Of a stretch of 64,000 nucleotides of DNA, positions 18,610 through 28,608 are shown one piece after another. Both the position numbers and the translations under genes were made by a program. This DNA is from an uncultured Gemmatimonadaceae bacterium (lineage in GTDB: Bacteria; Gemmatimonadota; Gemmatimonadetes; Gemmatimonadales; Gemmatimonadaceae). Positions within the stretch are counted from its first letter, which is position 1. Every line of letters starts with the position of its first letter. The stretch is from positions 2,784,001 through 2,848,000 of the forward strand of contig CAVXGK010000002.1 in assembly GCA_963761305.1 (NCBI GenBank), read 5' to 3'. The notes beneath the pieces were generated by a model. The model did no database searches. It was not told the DNA's origin and saw only the letters and a program-made list of their open reading frames with translations.

Positions 18610-19803
18610 GTGCGTTGGGTGCGATGCGACGAAAGAAGGCGCCACAGGTTGGCGACCATGGGTTTTCTCTTTGCGGCGGCGGCCACGACGATCCCCGGCA
18701 TCAGTTGCGGCCGGGCGTCGGCCGGCGAGAATGGCGGGCCTGAGGCTCGCGTCGCCGGCGCGCAGCTCGAGTTGGCAGCGAACAGTCCGCATCTCTCGGC
18801 GCTGACGACGGCCGCGGCGGTCGCCGATTCTGCGTCGGCGATCTCGCTCAACGGGCGTCTTACGTGGGACGAGGACGTCACCGTTCGCGTCTTCTCGCCG
18901 TTCGCCGGCCGCGTCACACGCGTGTTGATGGATCAGGGACAGCGAGTCGCAACCGGAGATGCGCTGGCGCTGATCGCCGCGCCGGATTTCGGGCAGGCGC
19001 AGGCCGACGTGCGGCGCGCGTCGGCGGACTTGGATCTCGCGCAGCGGACGCTCGCCAGGCAGCGCGATTTGCTGGCGCACGGCGTGGTGGCGCAGAAGGA
19101 CGTCGAAGCGGCCGAGGCCGACGTAACGCGATCGCGCGCCGAGCACGAGCGCGCGGTCGCGCGCCTGTCGTCGTACAGCAGTGAGACGACGAGCGTCGAT
19201 CAGATGTTCTCGTTGCGCGCGCCGCTCGCCGGTCAGGTCGTGGAGCGGAACATCACACCGGGGCAGGAGGTGCGGCCCGATCAGATGCTCGCCAACGCGC
19301 CGCAGCTCTTCGCGCCGCTCTTCGTCATCACGAATCCGTCGCGCCTCTGGGTCATGCTCGACGTACCCGAGGAGGATCTGCGCTTCGTGCACGAAGGCGC
19401 GGCCGTTGCGCTACACGCGCAAGGCTATCCGGGTCGCGCGTTTCGCGGACGCGTCGCATTGGTGGCGAGCGCGTTGGATCCGAACACACGAACGCTCAAG
19501 GTGCGCGGCATCGTCGACAACGAGGACGGATCGCTCAAGGGCGAGATGCTCGTGACCGTCGATCTCGCGCGACCCGCGGCGGCGCGCACGGCCGTGCCCG
19601 AGGCTGCGGTTCTCCTCAACGGCGATTCGCACGTCGTGTTCGTCGAGCGGGCGCGCGGCCGGTATGAGCGACGCGCGGTGGTCGTCGGCGCGGCGCACGA
19701 CGGCCTGGTTCCGGTGATCTCCGGGCTGAGTCCGGGCGAACGGGTGGTGGTCGGCAGTGCGCTCTTGCTCGAGCAATTGTTCCAGACCACCGCGCATTCG
19801 TGA
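18610..19803 (+). CDS. RND efflux periplasmic adaptor (CzcB/CusB-like)
   Basis: GGGAG RBS before GTG; RVFSPFAGRV...G.RV..GDALA, LRAP.AGQVVER...GQEV, LDP.TRT.KVR, SGL.PGERVV. Confidence 0.9.
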   Translation: MRWVRCDERRRHRLATMGFLFAAAATTIPGISCGRASAGENGGPEARVAGAQLELAANSPHLSALTTAAAVADSASAISLNGRLTWDEDVTVRVFSPFAGRVTRVLMDQGQRVATGDALALIAAPDFGQAQADVRRASADLDLAQRTLARQRDLLAHGVVAQKDVEAAEADVTRSRAEHERAVARLSSYSSETTSVDQMFSLRAPLAGQVVERNITPGQEVRPDQMLANAPQLFAPLFVITNPSRLWVMLDVPEEDLRFVHEGAAVALHAQGYPGRAFRGRVALVASALDPNTRTLKVRGIVDNEDGSLKGEMLVTVDLARPAAARTAVPEAAVLLNGDSHVVFVERARGRYERRAVVVGAAHDGLVPVISGLSPGERVVVGSALLLEQLFQTTAHS

Positions 19804-19816
19804 CCGGGCCGGTCGC

Positions 19817-22800
19817 ATGATTCGACGCGTCGTTTCGTTCGCGCTGCATCAGCCGTTGTTCATGCTGCTGATGACGCTGCTCTTCATCGCCGGCGGCATT
19901 TTCGCGTTCGAATCGCTGCCGATCGAAGCGTTCCCCGACGTCTCCGACATCCAGGTCAACGTCATCACGCTGTACGCAGGGCGCGCCGCCGAGGAGGTCG
20001 AGAAACAAATCACAATCCCGATCGAGCTGAGTCTCGCCGGCCTGCCGCACAACGTGCGGATGTTCTCGCACACGCAGTTCGGCCTGTCGTATATCGTGCT
20101 CACGTTCGACGACAAGGTGAACGACTACTTCGCGCGCCAGCAGGTGCTCGAGCGCCTGCAGACCGCCGACCTGCCGAACGGGGTCACGCCGCAGCTCGCG
20201 CCTCTCTCCACGCCGATCGGCGAGATCTATCGCTATCGCCTGCGGGGCGACGGGATGAGCCCGACCGATCTTCGCACCATACAGGACTGGACCGTCACGC
20301 GGTATCTCAAGTTGACGCCCGGCGTCGCCGACATCGTGACGATGGGCGGCTTGATCAAGCAGTACGAGGTCGTGCCCGATCTGGAAAAGCTTCGCTACTA
20401 CGACGTGTCGCTGCTCCAGATCTCCAACGCGCTCGGCCGCGGCAACGCGAACGCCGGCGGGAGCTACGTCGGAGCAGGGAGCGCAGCAGTATCTCGTGCG
20501 GGGCATCGGCTTGCTTCGATCTGCCGAGGACATCGGCAACGTCGTCGTGGCCTCGCGCGGCGGAACGCCGATCCTCGTCAGGGACGTGGCGCACGTGACG
20601 GTGGGCGCCGTACCGCGCCAGGGGATCGACGGGCAGGACAAGGACGACGACGTCGTCACCGGCATCGTGCTGATGCGAAAAGGCGAGAACCCGTCCGTCG
20701 TGCTGGCCGCGCTGAAGCAACGCGTGAACGAGCTCAACGCGTCCATCCTGCCCAAGGGCGTCAAGGTCGACGCGTTCTACGATCGCACGTGGCTGATCGA
20801 CACGACGCTGCACACGGTGTTTCACAATTTGGCCGAGGGCGCGCTGCTCGTGGCCGTCGTGCTGCTGCTCTTCCTCGGCAATCTGCGCGCGGCGGCGATC
20901 GTCGCCGTCGTGATTCCGCTCTCGCTCCTCGCGACGTTCATCGGACTCACCTGGCGCGGAATTCCCGCGAACCTGCTGTCGCTCGGCGCGATGGACTTCG
21001 GCATCATCGTCGACGGCGCGGTGATCGTCGTCGAGAACATGTTTCGGCGGCTGTCCGACGGCAAGGCGCGCGACGTGAACGCGCTCCGCGAGACGATCCA
21101 TCGACGCGACGGCCGAAGTCGGCCGGCCGACGTTCTTCTCGATGCTCATCATCATCGCGGCGAACATCCCGATCTTCACGCTGCAGCGACACGAGGGGCG
21201 CATCTTCGCGCCGATGGCGTGGACGATCACGTCGGCGCTCATCGGCTCGCTGCTGCTGTCGCTGACGCTGGTGCCGCTGCTCTGCTATCTGCTGCTCCGC
21301 TCGCGCTTGCCGCACGAAGAGAACTGGCTCGTGCGGGCCTGCAAGCGGATCTACGAGCCGGTGCTGCGATCGGCGATGCGCGCACCCGGCCGCGTCGTCG
21401 CCACGGCGTTCGTCGCGCTCGCCGCGAGCCTGGCCGTCGCGCCGCGGCTCGGCACCGAGTTCCTCCCCGAGCTCAACGAAGGGCAGATCTGGGTCAACTT
21501 CAACCTGCCGCCGGGAATCTCGGTGCCCGAAACGATGGCGCAGGTCGCGAAGGCGCGCGCGGCCCTGTCGACGATTCCCGAGGTGACCACGGTCGTCTCG
21601 AAAGCCGGGCGCCCGGAGGACGGCACCGATCCTAAGCCGATCAACATGGTCGAGATGTTCGTCGGCCTGCTGCCGCCCGGACAATGGAAGCGGCACGTCA
21701 GCAAGGACCAGGTCATCGCCGAGATGGACAGCGCACTGGCGCCGATTCCCGGGATCGAGGTGAGCTTCTCGCAGCCGATCCGCGACAACGTCCTCGAGAG
21801 CATCTCGCAGATCGATGGGCAGATCGTGGTGAAGGTGTTCGGCGACGATCCCGCACAGCTGAGCAAGACGACCCACCAGGTGCTCGAGCAGGTGAGCAGC
21901 GTTTCCGGTGTCGAGCGCGCGTTCATCGATCGCGATGGACAGGTTCCGCAGGCGCGTATCGACATCGACCGCGCGCGCGCGGCGCGCTACGGGCTCAACG
22001 TCGCCGACCTCGAGGACCAGCTCGAGATCGCGCTCGGCGGACGCTCGGCGACGGATCTCTGGGAAGGGGAAAAGCACTTCGCCGTCGTGCCGAGGCTCGC
22101 GCCGGCGGATCGCGCGCTGCCGGCGCTCGAGCGAATCCCGATCGACGCGGGCGACGGCGTGCGCATCCCACTCGGCGACGTCGCGCACTTGACCGAGACC
22201 GCGGGCGCGATGAACATCGCGCGGGAGGACGGACGACGCGTGATGGCGGTCGGTGTGTTCATCCACGGCCGAGACATGGGCAGCGTGGTGAAGGACATGC
22301 AGGAGCGCGTGAGCCGCTTGTCGATGCCGGCGGGGTACAACGTGACCTGGAGCGGTGAGTTCGAGAATCAGGAGCGCGCCATGCGGCGGCTGACCGTGAT
22401 CGTGCCGGTGAGCGTTTTCCTGATTTTCCTGCTCCTCTTTCACACGTTCAACTCTGTGCGCTACACGGCGCTCGTGCTGCTCAACGTGCCGTTCGCGATG
22501 ATCGGCGGCATCTTCGCGCTGCTCGTCACGGGATTTCCGGTCAGCGTGTCGGCCGCCATCGGATTCATCGCGCTGTTCGGCCAATCCGTGTTGAACGGCG
22601 TCGTGATGATCAGCGTGTTCAACCATCTGCGGAGCCAGGGCATCGGCGCCGAAGATGCGGTGTTGCAGGGATCGTTGATGCGCATGCGGACGGTGCTGAT
22701 GACGGCGCTGCTCGCCACGCTCGGTCTGTTGCCGATGGCGCTCTCGCACGGCATCGGATCGGAGACGCAGAAGCCGTTGGCGATCGTGATCATCGGCGGG

Positions 22801-22962
22801 CTGACGACGGCGACGTTGCTCGTGCTCGTCGTGCTCCCCGCCCTCTATCTCGTGCTCGCCAGACGTGAGTCTCGCGCGCCGGTGGCTGCGTTCGGCGCAC
22901 CGCCGATCGACGGGCTCGTGCCCGCGGCGGCCCCATCGCATTCCAACCAGGCGAACCAATGA
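19817..22962 (+). CDS. CzcA/CusA-family RND permease, split by two +1 frameshifts (about 20471 and 21098); probably intact in vivo or a recent pseudogene
   Basis: Three consecutive ORF pieces carry LPIEAFPDV, EEVEKQIT.PIE / DFGIIVDGAVIVVEN / EFLPELNEG, GFIALFG.SVLNG, R.RTVLMTA, GSETQKPLA. Removing one G at 20471-20472 restores GSYVEQGAQQYLVRG; removing one C at 21098-21099 restores ETIIDATAEVGRPTFFS. Confidence 0.9.
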
Positions 22963-23456
22963 CGCGGCGCGGAATTCGTCGGACGACTTGGGTCGCGACT
23001 TCGCTGCTCTTTTCGGCGGCGGCCTGCGCGGGGCACATGCCGCACATCGCGCAGTTCGAACGGCCCTCGCAGCTCGCCGGCGAGTGGATCGACGTTCGCC
23101 ACACGTCGCCCGGAGACACCTCGCTGTGGGTTCTTCGTACCGATGGATATGACGGCTCGAGGCACATCGCCGCGACGACGCTGGCCAACGGAGCCACGAG
23201 GTCCGTGACCAGCGAGCATCGCTACGGGTCGTGGTATTTCGCCGGGACCTTCGCCGACACCGCGCATCGCGCCCTCTGCTTCGCGAAACGGCTCGGGCGC
23301 GACGGCCCCACGTGCCTCACCTTCGACGTCGACACGGCCGCCGTCGACGGAGTCGCACGGCGCCGCCTGACGATTCATGGCTACCAAGGAGCGCACCACA
23401 CGGGCGATCGCACGCTCCTCGAGCGGCCCTTACCGGCCGTTGCGCGACGGCGGTAG
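22959..23456 (+). CDS. Hypothetical lipoprotein, translationally coupled to the RND gene
   Basis: ATGA overlap with the czcA-like stop; signal peptide ending AAAC; LAGEW..V strand motif (lipocalin-like). Confidence 0.7.
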   Translation: MTRRGIRRTTWVATSLLFSAAACAGHMPHIAQFERPSQLAGEWIDVRHTSPGDTSLWVLRTDGYDGSRHIAATTLANGATRSVTSEHRYGSWYFAGTFADTAHRALCFAKRLGRDGPTCLTFDVDTAAVDGVARRRLTIHGYQGAHHTGDRTLLERPLPAVARRR

Positions 23457-24419
23457 CACGCCTCGCGTTCGCAGCCAGTCGATCGTCGACGAAATCGTCT
23501 CGCGTCCGTTGCGAAACGTCACGCCAAGCTCGCGCTCCGCCTTTCGACTGTCGGCGAACCAGTAGAGGGACGCGTACGGCACGACGTGCGGATTGAACGG
23601 CACCGGGATGTGCAATTGAATCACGGTCTTCGCGATGAACCGCGACAGACCGTTCGGTACGTGCACGACCGGCACGTGGCGGCCGGTCAGCTCGAGCGTG
23701 AGCTCGGCCAGCTGGCGCACCGTGAGATTCTCTCCGCCGAGGATGTATCGCTCTCCTGGCCGGCCGCGCTCGAGCGCGGCGATCATGCCTCCCGCGACGT
23801 CGTCGACGTGAACCACACCCGTTCCACCGTCACAGACGAGCACCGGAATCGCCTTGGCGAAATCGATGAGATTCGCCGCCGTGCCGGTGCCGGGATCGCC
23901 CGGTCCGTACACCTCGCTCGGATTCACGATGACCACCGCCACACCCTTCGCCGCCGCTTCCTTGGCGAGCAACTCGGCGCGATGCTTGGCGTGCGCGTAG
24001 TGCAGTTCCGGATTGCGGACGTTGAACTCGGCGTGCTCGTCGAAGACGATCGGTTCGTCCGACGCGCCGATTGCCGCGGTGCTCGATGTGAGCACGACGC
24101 GATGCCCGGGCAATCCGGAGGCCGCGTCCAACACGTTGCGCGCCCCGTTGACGATCACGTCTTCGAGACCTGCCGCATCGTCGGCGTGCCAGCTCCCGGG
24201 CGCCGCGAGATGAATGGTGCCGTCGCAGCCGCGCATCCCCGCTCGCACCGAGGCGGCATCGCGCACGTCGCCGTCCGCGCGCTCGAACGTCAGCCCGTCG
24301 ATGCGCTCCGTGTTGCTCGTCGCGCGCAGCAAGCACACGACGCGATGACCCTTTGCGATCAGCTGGCGCACGACCGCCGATCCGATGAAGCCGTTGCCGC
24401 CGGTAACGAAGATTCTCAT
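23430..24419 (-). CDS. Extended SDR / NAD-dependent epimerase-dehydratase (dihydroflavonol reductase/HpnA-like)
   Basis: TGGNGFIG, HLAA, TSS, YAHAK (YxxxK), VNP..VYGPGD, VHVDDVA.G. Confidence 0.9.
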   Translation of the reverse strand: MRIFVTGGNGFIGSAVVRQLIAKGHRVVCLLRATSNTERIDGLTFERADGDVRDAASVRAGMRGCDGTIHLAAPGSWHADDAAGLEDVIVNGARNVLDAASGLPGHRVVLTSSTAAIGASDEPIVFDEHAEFNVRNPELHYAHAKHRAELLAKEAAAKGVAVVIVNPSEVYGPGDPGTGTAANLIDFAKAIPVLVCDGGTGVVHVDDVAGGMIAALERGRPGERYILGGENLTVRQLAELTLELTGRHVPVVHVPNGLSRFIAKTVIQLHIPVPFNPHVVPYASLYWFADSRKAERELGVTFRNGRETISSTIDWLRTRGVLPPSRNGR

Positions 24420-24528
24420 GGTCCAGTTGGCGTGAGATTTTCCGACGAGCCCGCCACCCCGGCAAGCTCCTTGATAGTAAGGGCTATGGAGTCATCCGAA
24501 GTTCCTTGGTGCGATGGGCGGCAGTCGT

Positions 24529-25005
24529 ATGACGAATCGAATGCTTTTCCTCGCGGCAGCGTTTTGCATGTTGGTGGCCGATCGTGCCGCGTTCGCGCAG
24601 GACAGTTCGGCCGGCCGTGTGTGGACCAGCAGTCCCGCGGGCCTGTGGAGTACCATCAGCGATCGCGACGGAAAGCCGATGGGCGTCGTCGAGATCCGCG
24701 AGGTGAACGGCGAGCTCGTGGGTGTCGTGCGCCGAATCCTCATCGACACGGGTCCCGAGGACAGCGTGTGCGACAAATGCTCCGACGACCGGCACGGTCA
24801 GCCGATCCTGGGCATGGAGATCATCCGCCACATGAAATGGAACGGCGACGAGTGGAACGGCGGCGAGATCCTCGACCCGGAAGACGGCAAGACGTATCGG
24901 GCATCGATGAAGCTTTCCGACGACGGCCAGAAACTGGTCGTGCGCGGGTACATCGGCATTCCGATGTTCGGCCGTTCGCAGACGTGGGTGCGCCACCAGG
25001 AGTGA
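24529..25005 (+). CDS. DUF2147 family secreted protein
   Basis: Signal peptide; SP.GLW.TI.D, C.KC.DD...QPILGMEI, GG.ILDPE.GK.Y, L.VRGYIG...FGRSQTW.R. Confidence 0.9.
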   Translation: MTNRMLFLAAAFCMLVADRAAFAQDSSAGRVWTSSPAGLWSTISDRDGKPMGVVEIREVNGELVGVVRRILIDTGPEDSVCDKCSDDRHGQPILGMEIIRHMKWNGDEWNGGEILDPEDGKTYRASMKLSDDGQKLVVRGYIGIPMFGRSQTWVRHQE

Positions 25006-26234
25006 AGGGCTGGCGATTCGCGCTCGCGTCGGCGCCATACGGAAGTTTCAACGGGTTGGTCGCGGTCGGTCTCCCCTACGTGCTGCGGCAGCGTGGCGTC
25101 GCCGTCGAGCGAATCGCGATCATCGAAGCCCTCGTTCAGGCGCCGGCCATCTGGTTCTTCCTCTGGGGCCCGGTGGTGGACCTCGGACTGCGACGGCGAA
25201 CCTGGATCGTCATATTGAGCACCGCCAGCGCCGTGTGCGCCGCGGTGGCACTCGGCGGCGTGGACGGCTCGATTCGATCGCTGACCACGTTGTTGGTCAT
25301 CGCCTCGGTCTTCGCCCAACCGGTGTCGAGCGCCATCGGCGGCCTCGTGGCGACCGTCGTACCGAACGAGAGGCGCGGCCGAACGGCGGGTTGGTCGCAG
25401 GCCGGAATCTTCGTGGCGGGCGTGATCACCGGCGCCATTGTGGTGTGGAGCAGTGGGCGCGTTTCGCCGAGCATCGTCGCGCTCCTTAGCGGTCTGCTCA
25501 TCGCCGCTCCGAGCCTGGCCGCGCTCACGATCGAGGAACCGCGCCCCGAGATCGCCGGTGCGGCGCGCCACTTTCGCAGCGTGCTCGACGACGTCCGAGC
25601 GTCGTTCAGGCATAAAGACGCGTGGCTCGGACTCTTGTTCTTTCTGAGTCCGATCGGCGCCGGAGCTCTGATGAATCTCTTTTCGGCGATCGCCTCGGAA
25701 TTCCACGCGTCGGGGACCGTTGTCGTGTGGACAGTGGTGCTCGGCGGCGTGCTCACGCCGATCGGAGCACTGATTGGCGGCGCGGTTTGCGACCGGTTCG
25801 ACCGCTGGCTCATCTACCCGATCGCCGGACTCACTGCCGGCCTGAGCGCGGGTGCGATGACGATCGCACCCCTCTCGCCGACGGCGTTTCTGGCCGGCGC
25901 CGCGTCGTATGCCCTGACGATCGGAATCTGCTACGCCGCGTTCATGGCGCTGGCCTTTCAGCTCATCGGCGCGAGTTCACCGGCCAGCGGCACGCGGTTC
26001 ACGTTGTTCATGGCTGCGGTGAACGTGCCCGTCGTATACATGCTTCGCCTCGACGGTTGGGGGCACGCGCGATTCGGCGTGCGCGGAATGCTCGCTGTCG
26101 ACGCACTCTCGAACGTGGTGTTCGGAGTCGTGTTTCTCGTGCTGGTGCTCGTCGCCGGCGGTCACGCCCGCGTCGTTGCGCGCACCGATTCGGAGACGGC
26201 GCCTACGAGCCGGTCGATGTCGTCCACCGTGTGA
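25002..26234 (+). CDS. MFS transporter (AmpG-like)
   Basis: GTG overlapping the DUF2147 stop; about 12 TMs, FLWGPVVD...RRR.WI, T.FTLF.A..N. The 3' end overlaps the convergent AOS gene by 73 bp. Confidence 0.82.
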   Translation: MKGWRFALASAPYGSFNGLVAVGLPYVLRQRGVAVERIAIIEALVQAPAIWFFLWGPVVDLGLRRRTWIVILSTASAVCAAVALGGVDGSIRSLTTLLVIASVFAQPVSSAIGGLVATVVPNERRGRTAGWSQAGIFVAGVITGAIVVWSSGRVSPSIVALLSGLLIAAPSLAALTIEEPRPEIAGAARHFRSVLDDVRASFRHKDAWLGLLFFLSPIGAGALMNLFSAIASEFHASGTVVVWTVVLGGVLTPIGALIGGAVCDRFDRWLIYPIAGLTAGLSAGAMTIAPLSPTAFLAGAASYALTIGICYAAFMALAFQLIGASSPASGTRFTLFMAAVNVPVVYMLRLDGWGHARFGVRGMLAVDALSNVVFGVVFLVLVLVAGGHARVVARTDSETAPTSRSMSSTV

Positions 26235-27370
26235 CGCGCGTTCATGATGAAACGGAGCCGCGCCTGACCGAACCCCACGGCCGGATAGAGCACGGCGTCG
26301 ACGTGGAATCCAGCGTCGCGCAGGTCACGGGCGACGCGCGTACAGTCGAGTTCATCACCCAGCACGAGCGGCACGATTGCCGTCGCGGTAGCGGGCAGGT
26401 CGAACCCGGCGGCGAGCATGCTCGACACGAAGTGCTTCTGATTCTTCCACAGGTTCTCACGTCGTTCGGGCTCGTCTTCCACCATGTCGATCGCCTCGAG
26501 CACGGCAGCGGCCTGATCGGGCGGCAGCGTCGACGTGAATCCATACGCGGCGCAGCCGGCCTGGAGCAGCGTTCTGAGATACGAGTCCGTCGCCACGAAG
26601 CCACCGATGCAACCGTAGGCCTTGCTCAGTGTGCCCATGGTGATGACGCGGTCGCTGTCGATGCCGAAGTACTCCGTCGTCCCGGCACCCGTCGGGCCGA
26701 GCACGCCGGTCCCATGCGCGTCGTCGATGTAGACGACGGAATCGTAACGCTCGGCGAGGGCCATCATATCGGGCAGCGGCACGACGTCGCCGTGCTGGCT
26801 GAAGACGCCGTCGGTGACGATGATGCGGATGTTCGCCGTCGACGTCGCCAGCTTTCTCTCGAGGTCGTTCATGTCGAGGTGCTTGTACGCGATCGACGGA
26901 GCGCCCGACGCGCGGATCCCTTCCCGCAGGCTCAAGTGGTTGAACTCGTCCGTGAAGAACGCGTGCTTCCAAGTGGAGCTCGGCACGTAGCCGATCGCGC
27001 GGGCCAATTGCGTCGAACGCACCAACATCGGCAGGACGCCCAGGTTCGTGAGGAAACCCGTAGCGAACAGCATCGACGCTTCCTTCAGCTTGAGCCGCGC
27101 GAGACGAGCCTCGAGTCGATCGTACAGGTCGAGGTTGCCCCCGAGCAGCCTGGATTCGCAGTTGCCGACGCCGTAGGACTCGAGAGCCTTTCGCGCGGCC
27201 GCCTTGAGCCGCGGACTCGTCGCCAGCGCGAGATAGTTGTTCGTGCTGAACGACACGATCGTCCGGCCGTTCCACACGAACGCCGGGTCCGGCAGCGAAG
27301 ACGGAACGATATCGTCGTGTGGGTTGGGGCGTTCGTCGAACCAGGCCGCGAGCTCGCGAAGGTCGCGCAT
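26162..27370 (-). CDS. PLP-dependent alpha-oxoamine synthase (BioF/Kbl/Spt/CqsA family), divergent
   Basis: NNYLAL, SRLL.G, FATGF..NLG, D..NH.S, TDGVFS..GD, DDAHG.G, GTLSKA.G (PLP lysine). Confidence 0.92.
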   Translation of the reverse strand: MRDLRELAAWFDERPNPHDDIVPSSLPDPAFVWNGRTIVSFSTNNYLALATSPRLKAAARKALESYGVGNCESRLLGGNLDLYDRLEARLARLKLKEASMLFATGFLTNLGVLPMLVRSTQLARAIGYVPSSTWKHAFFTDEFNHLSLREGIRASGAPSIAYKHLDMNDLERKLATSTANIRIIVTDGVFSQHGDVVPLPDMMALAERYDSVVYIDDAHGTGVLGPTGAGTTEYFGIDSDRVITMGTLSKAYGCIGGFVATDSYLRTLLQAGCAAYGFTSTLPPDQAAAVLEAIDMVEDEPERRENLWKNQKHFVSSMLAAGFDLPATATAIVPLVLGDELDCTRVARDLRDAGFHVDAVLYPAVGFGQARLRFIMNARHTVDDIDRLVGAVSESVRATTRA

Positions 27371-28602
27371 CAGTATCGCTTGGCGATGAGGACGGAGTTC
27401 ATTCCCCCGAACCCGAACGAGTTGGACATCACGGCGTCGAGCCGCACCTGGCGAGCTTCATTGGGCACGTAGTCGAGATCGCAGGCCGGATCGGGACGAT
27501 CGAGGTGGGCCGTCGGCGGCACGACGTTCCTGGCCAGCGCCATGATCGCGACGACCATCTCGAGCGCTCCGGCTCCGCCGAGCAGATGTCCGTGCAGCGC
27601 CTTGGTCGACGAGACGCAGAGGCGCCGCGCGTGACCACCGAACGCCTCCTTGATCGCGTTCGTCTCGACGAGGTCGCCGACTTGCGTCGCCGTGCCGTGT
27701 GCGTTGAGGTACCCGACGTTCTCGGCGTCGAGCCTCGCGTCGGCAAGCGCCCGCCGCATCGCTCGAACCTGCCCTTGCGCGTCCGGTCGCGAAATGTTCG
27801 ACGCGTCCGACGCGTTGCCATAGCCGGCCAACTCGGCGTACACTCGCGCGCCACGGCGCTCGGCGCGCTCGGCGGATTCGAGGACAAGGGCGGCCGATCC
27901 TTCGCCGAGTACGAGGCCCGTGCGGTCGGCCGAGAATGGCTTGCAGCTGCGCGACGGATCGACGGGGTCGGCGTGCGCGAGTGCGCGCATGGCATCCCAC
28001 GCGGCCAGGTTGCCCGGCGTGATCAGCGCTTCGGATCCGCCGGCGAGCATGACGTCGGCGTCGCCGTTGCGGATCAGCCGCTGCGCCTCGCCGATGCTCG
28101 CGGCGGACGACGAGCACGCGGTCGAGATGTTGAGCATCGGGCCGCGGAATCCGTGAGCCATCGAGACGTGCGCGGCCGCGGCGTTGTTCATGCCGAGCAC
28201 GACGGCCGTCGGCCGCACGCGTCGTCCGGCCGACTCGAAGTATCTCTTATACGAATCCTCGATCGATGCCGCGCCGCCGAGTCCAGTGCCCCAATAGACG
28301 CCGGCGTCGAGGAGCTCCTCTTCGGTCAGCGAGAGACCGGCATCGGCGATCGCTTGCGCTGCCGCGACCAGCGCGAACTGCGTCACGCGATCGTACTGCG
28401 ACGCTTCGCTGGCGGGCCAGTGGGCCGTCGGATCGAGGGCGACCTGGGCGGCGACGAGGGAGCTCGGCGTCGTCGATCCGGGGGGGGGACACGACACGGG
28501 CGCCACGGCGGACCGAGCGCTTCCGAGATTGCAGAATAGCTCGTCCGCGGTGCGGCCGCATGGCGCGATGACGCCAATCCCCGTGACGAGGACGCGCCCC
28601 AC
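27370..28602 (-). CDS. Beta-ketoacyl-ACP synthase (FabF/NodE-like)
   Basis: TACSS (Cys), NAHGTAT (His), STK..HGHLLG.AG (His), SNSFGFGG.N. Confidence 0.93.
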   Translation of the reverse strand: MGRVLVTGIGVIAPCGRTADELFCNLGSARSAVAPVSCPPPGSTTPSSLVAAQVALDPTAHWPASEASQYDRVTQFALVAAAQAIADAGLSLTEEELLDAGVYWGTGLGGAASIEDSYKRYFESAGRRVRPTAVVLGMNNAAAAHVSMAHGFRGPMLNISTACSSSAASIGEAQRLIRNGDADVMLAGGSEALITPGNLAAWDAMRALAHADPVDPSRSCKPFSADRTGLVLGEGSAALVLESAERAERRGARVYAELAGYGNASDASNISRPDAQGQVRAMRRALADARLDAENVGYLNAHGTATQVGDLVETNAIKEAFGGHARRLCVSSTKALHGHLLGGAGALEMVVAIMALARNVVPPTAHLDRPDPACDLDYVPNEARQVRLDAVMSNSFGFGGMNSVLIAKRY

Positions 28603-28608
28603 GGCCCT

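Noticed and set aside
20460..21110. Programmed ribosomal frameshifting in the RND gene
   Set aside because: No slippery heptamer or long homopolymer at either site. Two independent events plus a third at 37771 point to sequence error.
14903..22962. Assigning the symbols kdpD/kdpE and czcCBA
   Set aside because: Only family-level similarity. The kinase lacks KdpD N-terminal domains and metal specificity cannot be read from the sequence.
23586..25001. N-terminal half of the 882-aa ORF as part of a large MFS fusion
   Set aside because: It is antisense to the SDR gene and out of frame with DUF2147. The MFS starts at GTG 25002.
26162..27370. Calling the AOS bioF or spt
   Set aside because: No biotin genes or ceramide-synthase-like gene nearby, and the pocket motifs are atypical. 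Family membership alone does not fix the substrate.
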